This document shows, one piece after another, positions 29,459-38,804 of a stretch of DNA of 64,000 bases. Origin of the DNA: an archaeon GW2011_AR20 (GTDB lineage: Archaea > Nanobdellota > Nanobdellia > SCGC-AAA011-G17 > GW2011-AR20); contig CP010426.1 of the NCBI GenBank assembly GCA_000830315.1, positions 588,663 through 652,662 of the forward strand, written 5' to 3'. How positions within the stretch are numbered: position 1 is the first letter of the stretch; each line of letters begins with the position of its first letter. The notes below the pieces were generated by a model. It did not search any database. It worked only from the letters and a program-made list of their open reading frames with translations, and was not told the origin of the DNA. Made by a program: the position numbers and the translations under genes.

Positions 29459-29545
29459 GGGGCTATGGTCTAGCTTGGCTATGATATACGCTTAGGGACA
29501 AAAGCTGAAAAGCGTATGACCCCAGTTCAAATCTGGGTAGCCCCA
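29459..29545 (+). tRNA. Intron-containing tRNA of unresolved isotype (Val-like D-arm). Anticodon is GAA if the 13-nt intron lies after position 33, or AGG if it is canonical 37/38.
   Basis: Acceptor GGGGCTA/TAGCCCC + A. D-arm GTCT-AGCTTGGCTA-TGAT. Eight-bp continuous helix ATACGCTT/AAGCGTAT around a 15-nt loop. T-arm CCCAG-TTCAAAT-CTGGG. Confidence 0.55.
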
Positions 29546-29559
29546 TTCAATAACAAAAT

Positions 29560-30453
29560 TTATTTTCTTATCTTGGCAACAAAAAATCCCTCTGTGTCAT
29601 TATCCTGTGGCCAGATTCTCAGGCATTTTTTAATCTCTTCATTATAATTTTTCTCTTCATACTCTAAAATTACAGGGCTTTTTTTAATATCCAGATCAAT
29701 TTTTTCTAATTTTGCATCCCTGTTTTTTAATAAGAAATCAATGACTTCCTCATTTTCTTCAGGATCAACAGAGCACGTGGAATAAACTAAAACACAATCG
29801 TCATTTAAAGAATCAAATGAATTTAATATTAATCTTTTCTGGTCATTCGCTAATTTCCTAATCATATTATTGTTCCATATCTTTAATGTCATTAATGACT
29901 TGCGTATAGCGCCTGTGCCAGAACAAGGAGCATCTAATAATATCTTGTCAAATTTTATGTTCTTAAAATTAGTCCTTAATGTTATAATTGTGTTTAATAT
30001 ACCGCATCTCTGCAGGTTAATGCTTAGTGCTTTTAATCTGTCATATTTAATGTCATTTGCCACAATAATTCCTTTATTATTCATCATAGCAGCCATTTGG
30101 GTTGTCTTGCTTCCTGGCGCAGCTGCTAAATCAAGAATTAATTCATTTTCCCGAGGGTTTAAAACAACCGGAGGAATCATTGAAGCTGCTTCCTGAACAT
30201 AAAAATACCCTAAACTATGCTCTGGTAAATTTCCCAAATCTGTCCTTGGTCCCTTTATCCAAAACCCTTCTTTGCACCAGGGAACTTGCCTAAAGTTATA
30301 ATTATTTAATTTCTCTTTTAATTCTTTTACAGATATTTTTAAGGTATTAACGCGGATGCTTTTATTTAAGGGCTTAACGCAATATTCACAGAATCTGTTA
30401 ATGTCTGTAAACTTAGAATACTTCTCTAAAAATTTCTCTTTGAATTTATACAT
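29560..30453 (-). CDS. NOL1/NOP2/Sun-family RNA cytosine-C5 methyltransferase
   Basis: SAM motif DLAAAPGSKT, catalytic motifs LDAPCSGTG and YSTCS. Confidence 0.85.
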   Translation of the reverse strand: MYKFKEKFLEKYSKFTDINRFCEYCVKPLNKSIRVNTLKISVKELKEKLNNYNFRQVPWCKEGFWIKGPRTDLGNLPEHSLGYFYVQEAASMIPPVVLNPRENELILDLAAAPGSKTTQMAAMMNNKGIIVANDIKYDRLKALSINLQRCGILNTIITLRTNFKNIKFDKILLDAPCSGTGAIRKSLMTLKIWNNNMIRKLANDQKRLILNSFDSLNDDCVLVYSTCSVDPEENEEVIDFLLKNRDAKLEKIDLDIKKSPVILEYEEKNYNEEIKKCLRIWPQDNDTEGFFVAKIRK

Positions 30454-30470
30454 AAAAAAGAAAAAAGAAA

Positions 30471-30854
30471 TTACTTCTTAAAAGCTTTTTGCAAAGAGAG
30501 TTTTCCTGCCCCTAAGAAAGCTAAAGTGACTAATCCTGCCAATAACGTTAATGGGAATTCATATCCTCCCTGCCCAGTAAATCCGTTTTTTAAATGCACG
30601 AGTAATATAGCTACGACCATGTTTATTATTAATATCACGCTTGCAACTTTCACAATTAATCCTAAGATTAGTGCAAGTCCTCCAAATAATTCAATTATTC
30701 CAACCAGATATGCAAAAAATCCAGATAAAGGAATTCCAATGTTTGAGAAAAAACTGGTTGTTCCATCAATTCCTCCAAATAGCTTTAAGTAACCATGAAC
30801 TAAAAATACTAATCCAAGAACTAATCTCAATGGTAAACCAGCATATTCTTTCAA
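30471..30854 (-). CDS. DoxX-family membrane protein
   Basis: Four-TM, 127-aa protein with the typical DoxX start (LRLVLGLVFLVHG). Confidence 0.65.
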   Translation of the reverse strand: MKEYAGLPLRLVLGLVFLVHGYLKLFGGIDGTTSFFSNIGIPLSGFFAYLVGIIELFGGLALILGLIVKVASVILIINMVVAILLVHLKNGFTGQGGYEFPLTLLAGLVTLAFLGAGKLSLQKAFKK

Positions 30855-30910
30855 TATTCCACCCGATAATGTTTGTATATCTTATAGTATTTATATTTTA
30901 TGTTTTAAAG

Positions 30911-31018
30911 TGCAGTAGCCGGGATTTGAACCCGGGTCGATGCCTTTTTGCTTTTGATTAAACTTTTTCTCAAAAGTTTATTGGCAAGGCACCATACTAA
31001 CCACTATACTACTACTGC
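30911..31018 (-). tRNA. tRNA-Gly (anticodon GCC) with an intron of about 36 nt
   Basis: Acceptor GCAGTAG/CTACTGC + A, anticodon stem GTGCC/GGCAT, loop TTGCCA | intron, T-arm CCGGG-TTCAAAT-CCCGG. Confidence 0.7.
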
Positions 31019-31055
31019 ATATGATAAAAGAGAAAATAACTTTATTTAAGCTTTA

Positions 31056-31649
31056 TTATTTAACAATACTCTCTAAACTCTTCCCATTGGTTTTTGGCGG
31101 AACTTCTGGAAGTAATACAGCTGCAGCAATAACTGTTGTCCATAAACCATTTTTATCACCTTCAGCAGACTGCGTAATATTATATGTTCTAACTATCTTT
31201 TCAGACATTTTAAATTGTTTTTCACGTTCATTCCAAGCCTGATTTGGGTCAAATTCTAAACCAAGAGTTGTAGCAAGCATTGTCGCTGCTAAATCCTCTG
31301 CATATTCTCCTGCTTTTTCATCAGTTTCTCCAAAAGGATGATGCTCTGATAAATAACCATATTGTGTTTTGTCTGCAGGTTGTGCTACTCCCAAAGAGGC
31401 TGCAACTAATCTATTTGGCTCGTTTGTAGCATTTCTAGCCATTACACAAAAAGCAATTGAACCTGGCGGGATGTATCTTATACCTTCTTCCTTATTTATT
31501 TTCTTGCAACCAGGCGGATAAATACTAGAAACAGTAACAATATTATATTTCTCAATGCCAGCATCTCTTAATGCAAGTTCAAAAGATTGTAAATAATCTT
31601 TATGCCTTCCTACACCTTTCGTAAAGAATATTGCTTCAGGAACAAACAT
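31056..31649 (-). CDS. pdaD: Pyruvoyl-dependent arginine decarboxylase
   Basis: N-terminal FFTKGVG...SF..AL.DAGI...N...VSSI matches the PdaD proenzyme consensus around the Ser-Ser cleavage site. Confidence 0.8.
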   Translation of the reverse strand: MFVPEAIFFTKGVGRHKDYLQSFELALRDAGIEKYNIVTVSSIYPPGCKKINKEEGIRYIPPGSIAFCVMARNATNEPNRLVAASLGVAQPADKTQYGYLSEHHPFGETDEKAGEYAEDLAATMLATTLGLEFDPNQAWNEREKQFKMSEKIVRTYNITQSAEGDKNGLWTTVIAAAVLLPEVPPKTNGKSLESIVK

Positions 31650-31719
31650 TTTTGTAAATTTTTTGAGAAATTTTAATCAATTTATTAGTTTAAAAGCCTT
31701 TTTATTTTTGCAAAATTAG

Positions 31720-31792
31720 TGGGCCTGCCAGGACTCGAACCTGGGACCTTCACGGTGTAAACGTGACGTTATAGCCGCTAAACTACAAGCCC
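31720..31792 (-). tRNA. tRNA-Val (anticodon UAC), no intron
   Basis: Acceptor GGGCTTG/CAGGCCC + A, anticodon stem TCACG/CGTGA, loop TTTACAC, T-arm CCAGG-TTCGAGT-CCTGG. Confidence 0.8.
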
Positions 31793-31877
31793 TTAAATTT
31801 TATTCATTATTTGCGGTATTTAAAATTTGTGATTAAAATTCTTCACTCTAAATTTTATTATATGGTTTAAATTTATC

Positions 31878-32314
31878 CTATAATTTTAATTGATGCTTTT
31901 TCCTTTTCAATTTTAAATGCAAACGATAAATACGCATTCTCAAATTTCCATACTTATTATATACCCGCCCCAAAATAGATAGAATTATAACTAAAATAAA
32001 TGGAATTATAAGAATGTAAGCTATATATTTTGCTATTGGTTTTAAAGAAATTTGATAATAAACATAGGAAATAACAGAAATTATCAAAAGAGTTATATGC
32101 CCTCCTTGACCATCAAAAGCCAACATATCTGCAATTGTATCTTAGAAATATCGTTATTTAGTTTATTATTATCTATATGGTGAACTTGATACTCTGAAAA
32201 TCTTAATGGATATTTCTGCCTATTTTTTTGATAAATATATTTATATGCTATCTGCCTATGAACAAGATTATTATTCTCATCTTTTAAATACCCATTTTTA
32301 TCTACATAAACCAT
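31878..32314 (-). pseudogene. HNH-endonuclease-domain gene apparently split by a frameshift (HNH part at 32093..32314, hydrophobic tail at 31878..32126)
   Basis: The HNH motif VHHID.NKLNN is followed by an ORF break. An overlapping second-frame ORF continues with GGH and TM-like residues. Confidence 0.35.
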
Positions 32315-32442
32315 ATCTATAATAAAGAGTAGTAAGTTTATATACTTTCACTACATAACCATAAATTACGATTAAATAAAGTTTAGATAGAGTTCTACTT
32401 TTGATTAAAAACATTTAAATAAACTTGAATATTAAATATTTT

Positions 32443-32574
32443 ATGAAATACTGCCCCAAATGTAAAAGCCCGGATATAGTCCCGGCATTGGCAGGTTTTC
32501 TCAATTCTTACAAATGCAAAAAATGCGGATACATAGGAAACTTGGTGATTGAAGTTGAATCAGACCATAAATGA
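32443..32574 (+). CDS. Small zinc-ribbon protein (43 aa)
   Basis: Unlisted ORF MKYCPKCKSPD...YKCKKCGY with two CxxC pairs. Confidence 0.35.
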   Translation: MKYCPKCKSPDIVPALAGFLNSYKCKKCGYIGNLVIEVESDHK

Positions 32575-33175
32575 AATATTAAAATTTTTATCAAAAAGCA
32601 CCGGATTTTTCTTGATTAACATAGCTGTAATCTTAATTTTATTCGCGTTCTTTGCAAATTCCACCATTAAGAATGTTGATGTGCTGGAGAATGAGCTAAA
32701 TCTTTATTTTCAGCAGCCCGCGAATCAGACTTCTTTAGAAAATGTCCAGGAACCCCCAAGATTGTTTGATGTCGAAACAGTTAAAGGCTATATTATCATG
32801 TCATCATTCATTGCATCATTTCTATTTTTAATAGGATTTATGTTTGTTTATCTGTCAAGTTTGAGCTTCTTAGCCTCATTTTACAAGATAAGCATACATC
32901 TTACAGTTAACAATTTCCTGGCCGCATTATATTTTAATCTCATCCCAGATATTGTTAATAAAATTTTAGTTCACCCATCTTTTCAGCAGATTACGAACGG
33001 GATACCAGAAGAATTTGTACAGGAAATAACAAGAATTATCTTGGAATGGATTAAAATCCCTGTTTTTGTCACGGTTAAACTCACGATTACCCTGGGAATA
33101 ATATTTTTAATTATCTCGGTGACATTATATTTCATGAAAAAGAAAGCTTTAAAAGAAGAAAAGAAGAATAAATAA
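32549..33175 (+). CDS. Hypothetical membrane protein
   Basis: 208 aa, with 4-5 hydrophobic segments. Confidence 0.4.
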   Translation: MKLNQTINEILKFLSKSTGFFLINIAVILILFAFFANSTIKNVDVLENELNLYFQQPANQTSLENVQEPPRLFDVETVKGYIIMSSFIASFLFLIGFMFVYLSSLSFLASFYKISIHLTVNNFLAALYFNLIPDIVNKILVHPSFQQITNGIPEEFVQEITRIILEWIKIPVFVTVKLTITLGIIFLIISVTLYFMKKKALKEEKKNK

Positions 33176-33177
33176 TT

Positions 33178-34908
33178 ATGGATAAGCAGGTAAAAATTCC
33201 GGATGAGTTAAAGAAGAAATTTGAGCAATTAAAGATTAAGCTTGATAAATTCAAGAAAAGAGTTCTAAAGGAATTTAATGAATATATAATTGGAATTACG
33301 TTGCTTCCTCCAAAAGAAGACAACAAAGAAGCAATTAATGTTCTTGTCTTGGTTGACGATTCTGACAGCAAGAAAATGTCCAAATTCGAGTTAAAGGACA
33401 AATTAAGCAATATAATCCATAAATTTGCAGAGGAAATCGATAAAAATCTTAATGTTGAAACTTTAATTTTATCTGAGCTAAAGGAAAACTGCTTTGACGG
33501 AAAATATGAAATCCTGCAGTTAATTGCAATGAGCGCGCCAGTTTATGATCCAAAGGAGATGCTTGCAGCCATAAAAATAGCAGAAGTGCATAAGTCCATG
33601 GTGTTAAAGAAATTTGAAAAATACATCATGAGTTATGTTGCAGCAGGATCATTGTTTAGGGGGGATAAGAAAGCCAATGATATTGATGTTTTTATTATTG
33701 TTGATGATACAGATGTTAAAAGAATGTCCCGCTATGAACTAAAGGAGAGGTTAAGGTATATTATTATAGAGCAGGGTTACCAGGCCAAGGAGTTAACAGG
33801 TGTAAATAAAGACTTTCATGTCCAGACTTATATTTTAACTGATTTCTGGGATTCTGTAAAAGACGCAAATCCTGTAATATTCACGTTTTTAAGAGACGGT
33901 GTTCCTTTATTTGACAGGGGGGTATTTATGCCATGGAGATTGTTACTGCAGATGGGAAGAATAAAGCCAAGTCCAGAAGCAATTGATATGCAGATGGATA
34001 TCGGGGCTAAGCTGCTTGACAGGGTAAAAGGAAAATTATTAAGTGTTGTAGCAGAGGATATTTATTATGCTGCCCTAAATCCGGCCCAGGCTGCTTTAAT
34101 GCTTTACGGGGTTAATCCTCCAACACCCCTTGAAACCATTGAATTAATGAGGGAGATTCTTGTTAATAAGGAAAAATTAATCGAGGAAAAGCATGTTAAA
34201 TTCCTTGAAAAAGTAAGAAATTATTACAAGGACATTGAGCATGGAAAAATCAAGGAGGTAAGTGGCAGGGAAATTGATGAATTAGTAAAAGAAACCAAAG
34301 AATATTTAGAAAGAATAAAGAAACTATTTGTACAATTGGAGAAGAGAAAAGAAAGCGAAAGCATTCTTGATATATATAATGCATGTATTGCCGTAACAAG
34401 GGACTTATTCACGGTATTAAATATAAAAGAAGAATCAAGTTTAGAAAATACACTAAAAAAAGTCGTTGATTCAGGCGAATTGCCAAGAAAGTTCCTGGAT
34501 GTTCTGAAGAGGGTTATTAAAGCAAGGGACAGCAAGCTAAGCAAAGCAGAAAATGAAAAAATAAGAAGGGAAGCACGCTCGTATATTAAAAACGCCTTGG
34601 AGTTCATACAGAGAAAAAGAGGATTTGAAAAAGAAAGAAGCAAGGTCAAATTCAAGTACGGGGAGAAAGAAGGAGAACTTTATTTGCTTGATAAAAAAAT
34701 TTTCTTAATCAAGGATATAAAAGAAAAGGAAATAATGAAGACTAATTTAAATGAAAATGGTTCTTTTGGAAACCTAAGCAAAAGCTCGCAGGAAGAATTA
34801 GAGGAAGAACTAAAAAACATAAAGGCGCATGACATTTATCTTAAGGAAAAAACAGTTAATTCTTTAAAGCAACTTATTGGAAAAGACGTAGAAATTCTAG
34901 TCGGATAA
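33178..34908 (+). CDS. Protein with two tandem minimal nucleotidyltransferase-fold domains and a helical, HEPN-like, Lys/Glu-rich C-terminal half
   Basis: Repeated ...VLVLVDDSDSKKMSKFELK... and GSLFRGD..NDIDVFIIVDDTDVKRMSRYELK (GS...D.D pol-beta-type motif). Confidence 0.5.
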   Translation: MDKQVKIPDELKKKFEQLKIKLDKFKKRVLKEFNEYIIGITLLPPKEDNKEAINVLVLVDDSDSKKMSKFELKDKLSNIIHKFAEEIDKNLNVETLILSELKENCFDGKYEILQLIAMSAPVYDPKEMLAAIKIAEVHKSMVLKKFEKYIMSYVAAGSLFRGDKKANDIDVFIIVDDTDVKRMSRYELKERLRYIIIEQGYQAKELTGVNKDFHVQTYILTDFWDSVKDANPVIFTFLRDGVPLFDRGVFMPWRLLLQMGRIKPSPEAIDMQMDIGAKLLDRVKGKLLSVVAEDIYYAALNPAQAALMLYGVNPPTPLETIELMREILVNKEKLIEEKHVKFLEKVRNYYKDIEHGKIKEVSGREIDELVKETKEYLERIKKLFVQLEKRKESESILDIYNACIAVTRDLFTVLNIKEESSLENTLKKVVDSGELPRKFLDVLKRVIKARDSKLSKAENEKIRREARSYIKNALEFIQRKRGFEKERSKVKFKYGEKEGELYLLDKKIFLIKDIKEKEIMKTNLNENGSFGNLSKSSQEELEEELKNIKAHDIYLKEKTVNSLKQLIGKDVEILVG

Positions 34909-35166
34909 AGGCTTTAATGACTCTAATTTTCTAACTATATCCTTTTCGCCATTCAGATCCCCGTTTAGGGTATGCAATTGTACTTCTGTTAAGTCTTCTG
35001 CCCCGAAACCATGATAGATATGAATTAAGATGTTGTCATCTAATTTATAACCTACAAGCTTTTTTCTATGCATTTTCATATCTGTGGTTTTTTCTATATC
35101 ATCATACTCGTTAATTATCTTCTGAATCTGGCTTACTTTATCCCCTTGAAATCTGTATTCTATCAT
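34897..35166 (-). CDS. Hypothetical protein
   Basis: 89-aa ORF. No motif. Confidence 0.3.
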   Translation of the reverse strand: MIEYRFQGDKVSQIQKIINEYDDIEKTTDMKMHRKKLVGYKLDDNILIHIYHGFGAEDLTEVQLHTLNGDLNGEKDIVRKLESLKPLSD

Positions 35167-35216
35167 AAAATAATCATGTTAGAAAGATTTTTAAATGCTT
35201 TACTTAACTAAGTTTT

Positions 35217-35474
35217 ATGGAAGCTGTAATATCTAATTTTCGCAGTGGAAGGCATAATCAAGTCACTAATCAGATGATACTGCTGATTGATGGAATAGAT
35301 AAGAAAGAGAAAACAAAGGATTTAATGGGAAAAAAAGTAACCTGGAAATCGCCAAAAGGAAAGGAATTAAGGGGAGAAATAATAAGGGCTCACGGCAATA
35401 AAGGGGCTGTAAGGGCAAGATTTGAAACAGGAATGCCCGGACAATCAATAGGAACAAAAGTTATAATAAAATAA
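35217..35474 (+). CDS. rpl35ae: Ribosomal protein L35Ae (eL33)
   Basis: 85 aa, conserved GK.V...SP.GK.L.G...R.HGN.G.VRA.F. Confidence 0.8.
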   Translation: MEAVISNFRSGRHNQVTNQMILLIDGIDKKEKTKDLMGKKVTWKSPKGKELRGEIIRAHGNKGAVRARFETGMPGQSIGTKVIIK

Positions 35475-35655
35475 TTCTATTTTTTAATTTTATAAAAATA
35501 AATGGTTAGATTTAATTTATTTAAGTAAAAAGACTTGATTATCCTTTTTCAAAAGTCTCTGGAAACCACGTTCTAGCATTATTAATTATACGGTTTCCAA
35601 TTGATTTTCTAGCATCTTTTTCATTCTTTGAAAACCCATTAAGAATGGTTGTGGT

Positions 35656-35988
35656 ATGGTTAAAGGTGTAGAGCATATAAGAAACGCTGGAATTTCTAAA
35701 AAGGATAACAATAATATGATAGAACGTTATCATAATGAATTTAGAGAGTTTGAAAAGATTAGAAGGAATTTCAAAAGAGTAAAAACTTTAGAGGAATGGA
35801 ATGATAATTATAGATTATACCACAACTACATTAAACAACATATGGCTTTAAATAATTTAACACCTTCACAATCAGCTAACATTAAGTTACCTTTAGAAAA
35901 TAACAGATGGTTAAGTTTATTGAAATTAAGCTTAAATCAACCGAATGTGACAAAAGAACAAGAAGTTAAGAAATCAACCGAAGATTAG
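35656..35988 (+). mobile_element. Relic of a DDE transposase/integrase (C-terminal fragment only)
   Basis: 110-aa ORF ending ...ERYHNEFREFEK..R.FK......NYI.QHMALNNLTPSQ, the typical C-terminus of an IS6/rve-type DDE core. No N-terminal catalytic region and no inverted repeats were found. Confidence 0.45.
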
Positions 35989-36039
35989 ACAGCTCATTAA
36001 TTAGTAAACTTTATAAATCAAATTTAAACTTCTTTAAAC

Positions 36040-36561
36040 ATGGCAGGTTTAAGAAAAGGACATTGTTACAGTAAATTAACAAGAGCGTATACAAGATATT
36101 CCAGGGTGAAGGCTAAAAATTACATTAAAACAATTCCAACAAGCAAAGTAGTAAGATTTAACATGGGTGATCAGGCAAGAAATTTTGAGTATGAAATCGC
36201 ATTAATAAGCAATAAAGATCACCAGATAAGGCACAATGCTTTAGAGTCAAGCAGGCAGTTAATCAACAGAAGATTATACGAGAAATTAGGGCCAAAAGGC
36301 TATTTTTTAAAATTGAAAATCTATCCTTACCAGGTTTTGAGAGAGAATAAAATGCTTGGCGGTGCACATGCAGACAGATTGCAGACAGGAATGGCACATT
36401 CATTTGGCAAGCCAGTCGGATTAGCAGCAAGAGCACAAAAAGGGAAAGAAGTTTTCATCGCGAAAGTTGATAAGAATGGCTTGGATATTGCAAAAGAAGC
36501 ATTAACCTTAGCAAAACCAAGAATGCCGGGCAAATACCTTGTTAACGTCAAAAAATTATGA
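36040..36561 (+). CDS. rpl10e: Ribosomal protein L10e (uL16)
   Basis: The N-terminus MAGLRKGHCYSKLTRAYTRYSRVK is diagnostic of L10e. 173 aa. Confidence 0.9.
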   Translation: MAGLRKGHCYSKLTRAYTRYSRVKAKNYIKTIPTSKVVRFNMGDQARNFEYEIALISNKDHQIRHNALESSRQLINRRLYEKLGPKGYFLKLKIYPYQVLRENKMLGGAHADRLQTGMAHSFGKPVGLAARAQKGKEVFIAKVDKNGLDIAKEALTLAKPRMPGKYLVNVKKL

Positions 36562-36567
36562 TTTATA

Positions 36568-36978
36568 TTAATTAATTTTATTAACCAATTTTAAAAATGT
36601 TTTAACATCCCTGCTTAACCCTTTGCTTATTGTAGCATACATAATTTTATCATCAACATCGCCATACTGATGGGCAATTATGTTGCGCATACCTTTCATG
36701 TTTCTTAATTTATTGGCTAAATCGATATTTATTATTTTTTCATTTTCGAGTATATTAAATGCCTCATAATCCTGTTCTGGAATTTGTAAATTTTTTTCTT
36801 TGATTACAAGAATAGCAAGATCAAATGTTGCTTCTGCTATTTTTTCAAAATATCTCTCACACGCCGCCTTGGTCTTAAAATCTTTCTCATATTCATTAAA
36901 AGTTTTTGATTTAATCTTAGACAATTGTTTAAGATATATTGTAATATCCTGAATTTTATCTTTAATGCGCTTGTTCAT
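36568..36978 (-). CDS. hepT: HepT-like HEPN toxin (DUF86)
   Basis: Rx4-6H motif RNIIAHQY. 136 aa. Overlaps the upstream MNT gene. Confidence 0.75.
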   Translation of the reverse strand: MNKRIKDKIQDITIYLKQLSKIKSKTFNEYEKDFKTKAACERYFEKIAEATFDLAILVIKEKNLQIPEQDYEAFNILENEKIINIDLANKLRNMKGMRNIIAHQYGDVDDKIMYATISKGLSRDVKTFLKLVNKIN

Positions 36979-37546
36979 ATAACACCTTTCCTTTATTTGA
37001 AATCTCCCTCTTTATCTTACCTTGGAGGATATTATATACTTGTATATCGGTCTTTTCATTTATTTTACCCATGACCTCTTTTCTGAAATTGGTGGCTTCT
37101 TCTTCACTTATTTTATTGAATTCAACAGCAACATCAATATCCGAATTTAAATTTAGCTTATTTTCTGCAGCAGATCCAAACAAAATTATTTTTTTAACAC
37201 GTGAAAATAATCTATTTTGAAATATAACTTCTTTGGCTTCTTCTAATATTTTTTTTATTTCTGCCCCCTTTTTAAGGTCAAATTCCAGGCTAAATTTTGA
37301 TAATTCTTTTATTGCTTCTAGTTTCTTTCTTATGTCTCTAGACAACCTGGTTCTCTCTGATTCTTTTAATGGAACTCCCAGAAGTTGTTTTTTGATAATA
37401 ACTAGCTCCTTCTTACCAAAAATTCTTCTCAAATTCGTGTTTTTATCAATTATATTTAATAGGCTCATTTTATCACCATTCTGATAATAATTATCATAAT
37501 CCTGATAATATATAAACTTTTCGGTTTTTCCATCATTCCCAGCCAA
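36962..37546 (-). CDS. mnt: MNT-type nucleotidyltransferase antitoxin with a long N-terminal extension
   Basis: C-terminal ILFGSAAENKLNLNSDIDVAVEF (GS...DxD). A 110-aa charged extension lies upstream. Confidence 0.7.
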   Translation of the reverse strand: MAGNDGKTEKFIYYQDYDNYYQNGDKMSLLNIIDKNTNLRRIFGKKELVIIKKQLLGVPLKESERTRLSRDIRKKLEAIKELSKFSLEFDLKKGAEIKKILEEAKEVIFQNRLFSRVKKIILFGSAAENKLNLNSDIDVAVEFNKISEEEATNFRKEVMGKINEKTDIQVYNILQGKIKREISNKGKVLYEQAH

Positions 37547-38174
37547 ACTCCCCTTTTAGCGGTACAAAAATAAAATTTCCTAAAACTTTTTTTTCTAATT
37601 TTCTTCCTCTTTTAATGCCTTTAACCATTTCCTGTCCTAAAACCCCTCCGACAGGTGCAATAATTATTCCATTGTTTTTTAATTGTCTTATTAATGGCTC
37701 TGGAAAATCAGGGCAAGCCGCATTTATCAGAATTTTATCATAGGGAGAATATTCTTTAATTCCTAAACTTCCGTCTGCATATAAGACCTTAACGTTTTTT
37801 ACTTTAGCTTTAATTAAATTCTGCTCTGCTTTTAATGCTAAACCTGAAATTATTTCTGTTGTATAAACTCTTGTTTTAGTTATTTCTGAGATTAAAGCAG
37901 CTGAATAGCCGGAGCCTGTTCCGATTTCCAAAACCTTTTCCTTTTTCTTAAGCCCCAATTCCTGCAGCATAAATGCTATTGTATACGGCTGGGAAATTGT
38001 CTGGTTATTTCCAATCTGCAAAGGCATGTCCTCATAGGAATAATTTTCTAATTGCTTTGGAACAAATAAATGCCTGGGAATTTTCAGCATTGCTTTTAAT
38101 ACATTTTTATCTTTGATACCATAATTCTTAATAACTTTAATCATTGATTTTTTCTTTTCCAGAAACTTATCCAT
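37533..38174 (-). CDS. pcm: Protein-L-isoaspartate O-methyltransferase
   Basis: SAM motif VLEIGTGSGYSAALI and typical PIMT length. Confidence 0.85.
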   Translation of the reverse strand: MDKFLEKKKSMIKVIKNYGIKDKNVLKAMLKIPRHLFVPKQLENYSYEDMPLQIGNNQTISQPYTIAFMLQELGLKKKEKVLEIGTGSGYSAALISEITKTRVYTTEIISGLALKAEQNLIKAKVKNVKVLYADGSLGIKEYSPYDKILINAACPDFPEPLIRQLKNNGIIIAPVGGVLGQEMVKGIKRGRKLEKKVLGNFIFVPLKGEFGWE

Positions 38175-38201
38175 AAATTTAGCAAGGTTTATTAATATAA
38201 A

Positions 38202-38804
38202 ATGTTTTCTAGTTATATGGGCTTTAAAGAAGAGGATGCTGTTAAAACAATTGGAGATTTATTGAATTATAATGATATGTCTAAGATTAGGGCTATCTTA
38301 AACGGCATAAATCCAAATATTTTTTCAAATTCTGACGTGAAATCAAAATTCAAGGAAGTCCTAGTTAATATGTACAATGCAGAAGATTTAGGTTATTTAA
38401 AGGAGCTGTTAAATGATTTTCTCAGGACTTATAACCAGTATAAAGGAGTTTTTCACTTTGGTTTTTGCTCAGAGGAATTTAGAAATAAATTTAAGAGAAG
38501 CGATTTTAACAATCCATTTGAGCTTAACCGTTTTAGGGAGATAATAGCAAAGATAGTTGAATATGGAAAAAATTACCCTAAAGAAACTCTTGGTGAATTT
38601 TTTATCAGTCCGAGGGGAAGAGAGAAACACAGAATAGCGTGGTTTGTTAAGGAAGATATGGTTTATTTTTGCGAGCCATTTCATCATGACAAGGAATATG
38701 ATAAATTTTGCAATGAAGCGAGTAAAAGAAAAATCTTAAAGGGTAATTACCACAATTGGAATTATGTTGAAGAATTTATGCCTTTAAATTTAAAAGCAGC
38801 ATAA
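38202..38804 (+). CDS. Protein with a C-terminal RelE/ParE-like toxin fold and a 120-aa N-terminal extension
   Basis: The C-terminus LGEFFISPRGREKHRIAWFVKEDMVYFCEPFHHDKEY fits the RelE/ParE core (R.G.YRI.Y...D..V.....H..Y). Confidence 0.4.
   Translation: MFSSYMGFKEEDAVKTIGDLLNYNDMSKIRAILNGINPNIFSNSDVKSKFKEVLVNMYNAEDLGYLKELLNDFLRTYNQYKGVFHFGFCSEEFRNKFKRSDFNNPFELNRFREIIAKIVEYGKNYPKETLGEFFISPRGREKHRIAWFVKEDMVYFCEPFHHDKEYDKFCNEASKRKILKGNYHNWNYVEEFMPLNLKAA

Noticed and set aside
29459-29545. Reading of this tRNA as class II tRNA-Leu (anticodon UAG) without an intron
   Set aside because: The sequence after the anticodon loop does not pair back to the stem, and there is no long variable arm. The extra 13-15 nt must be an intron.
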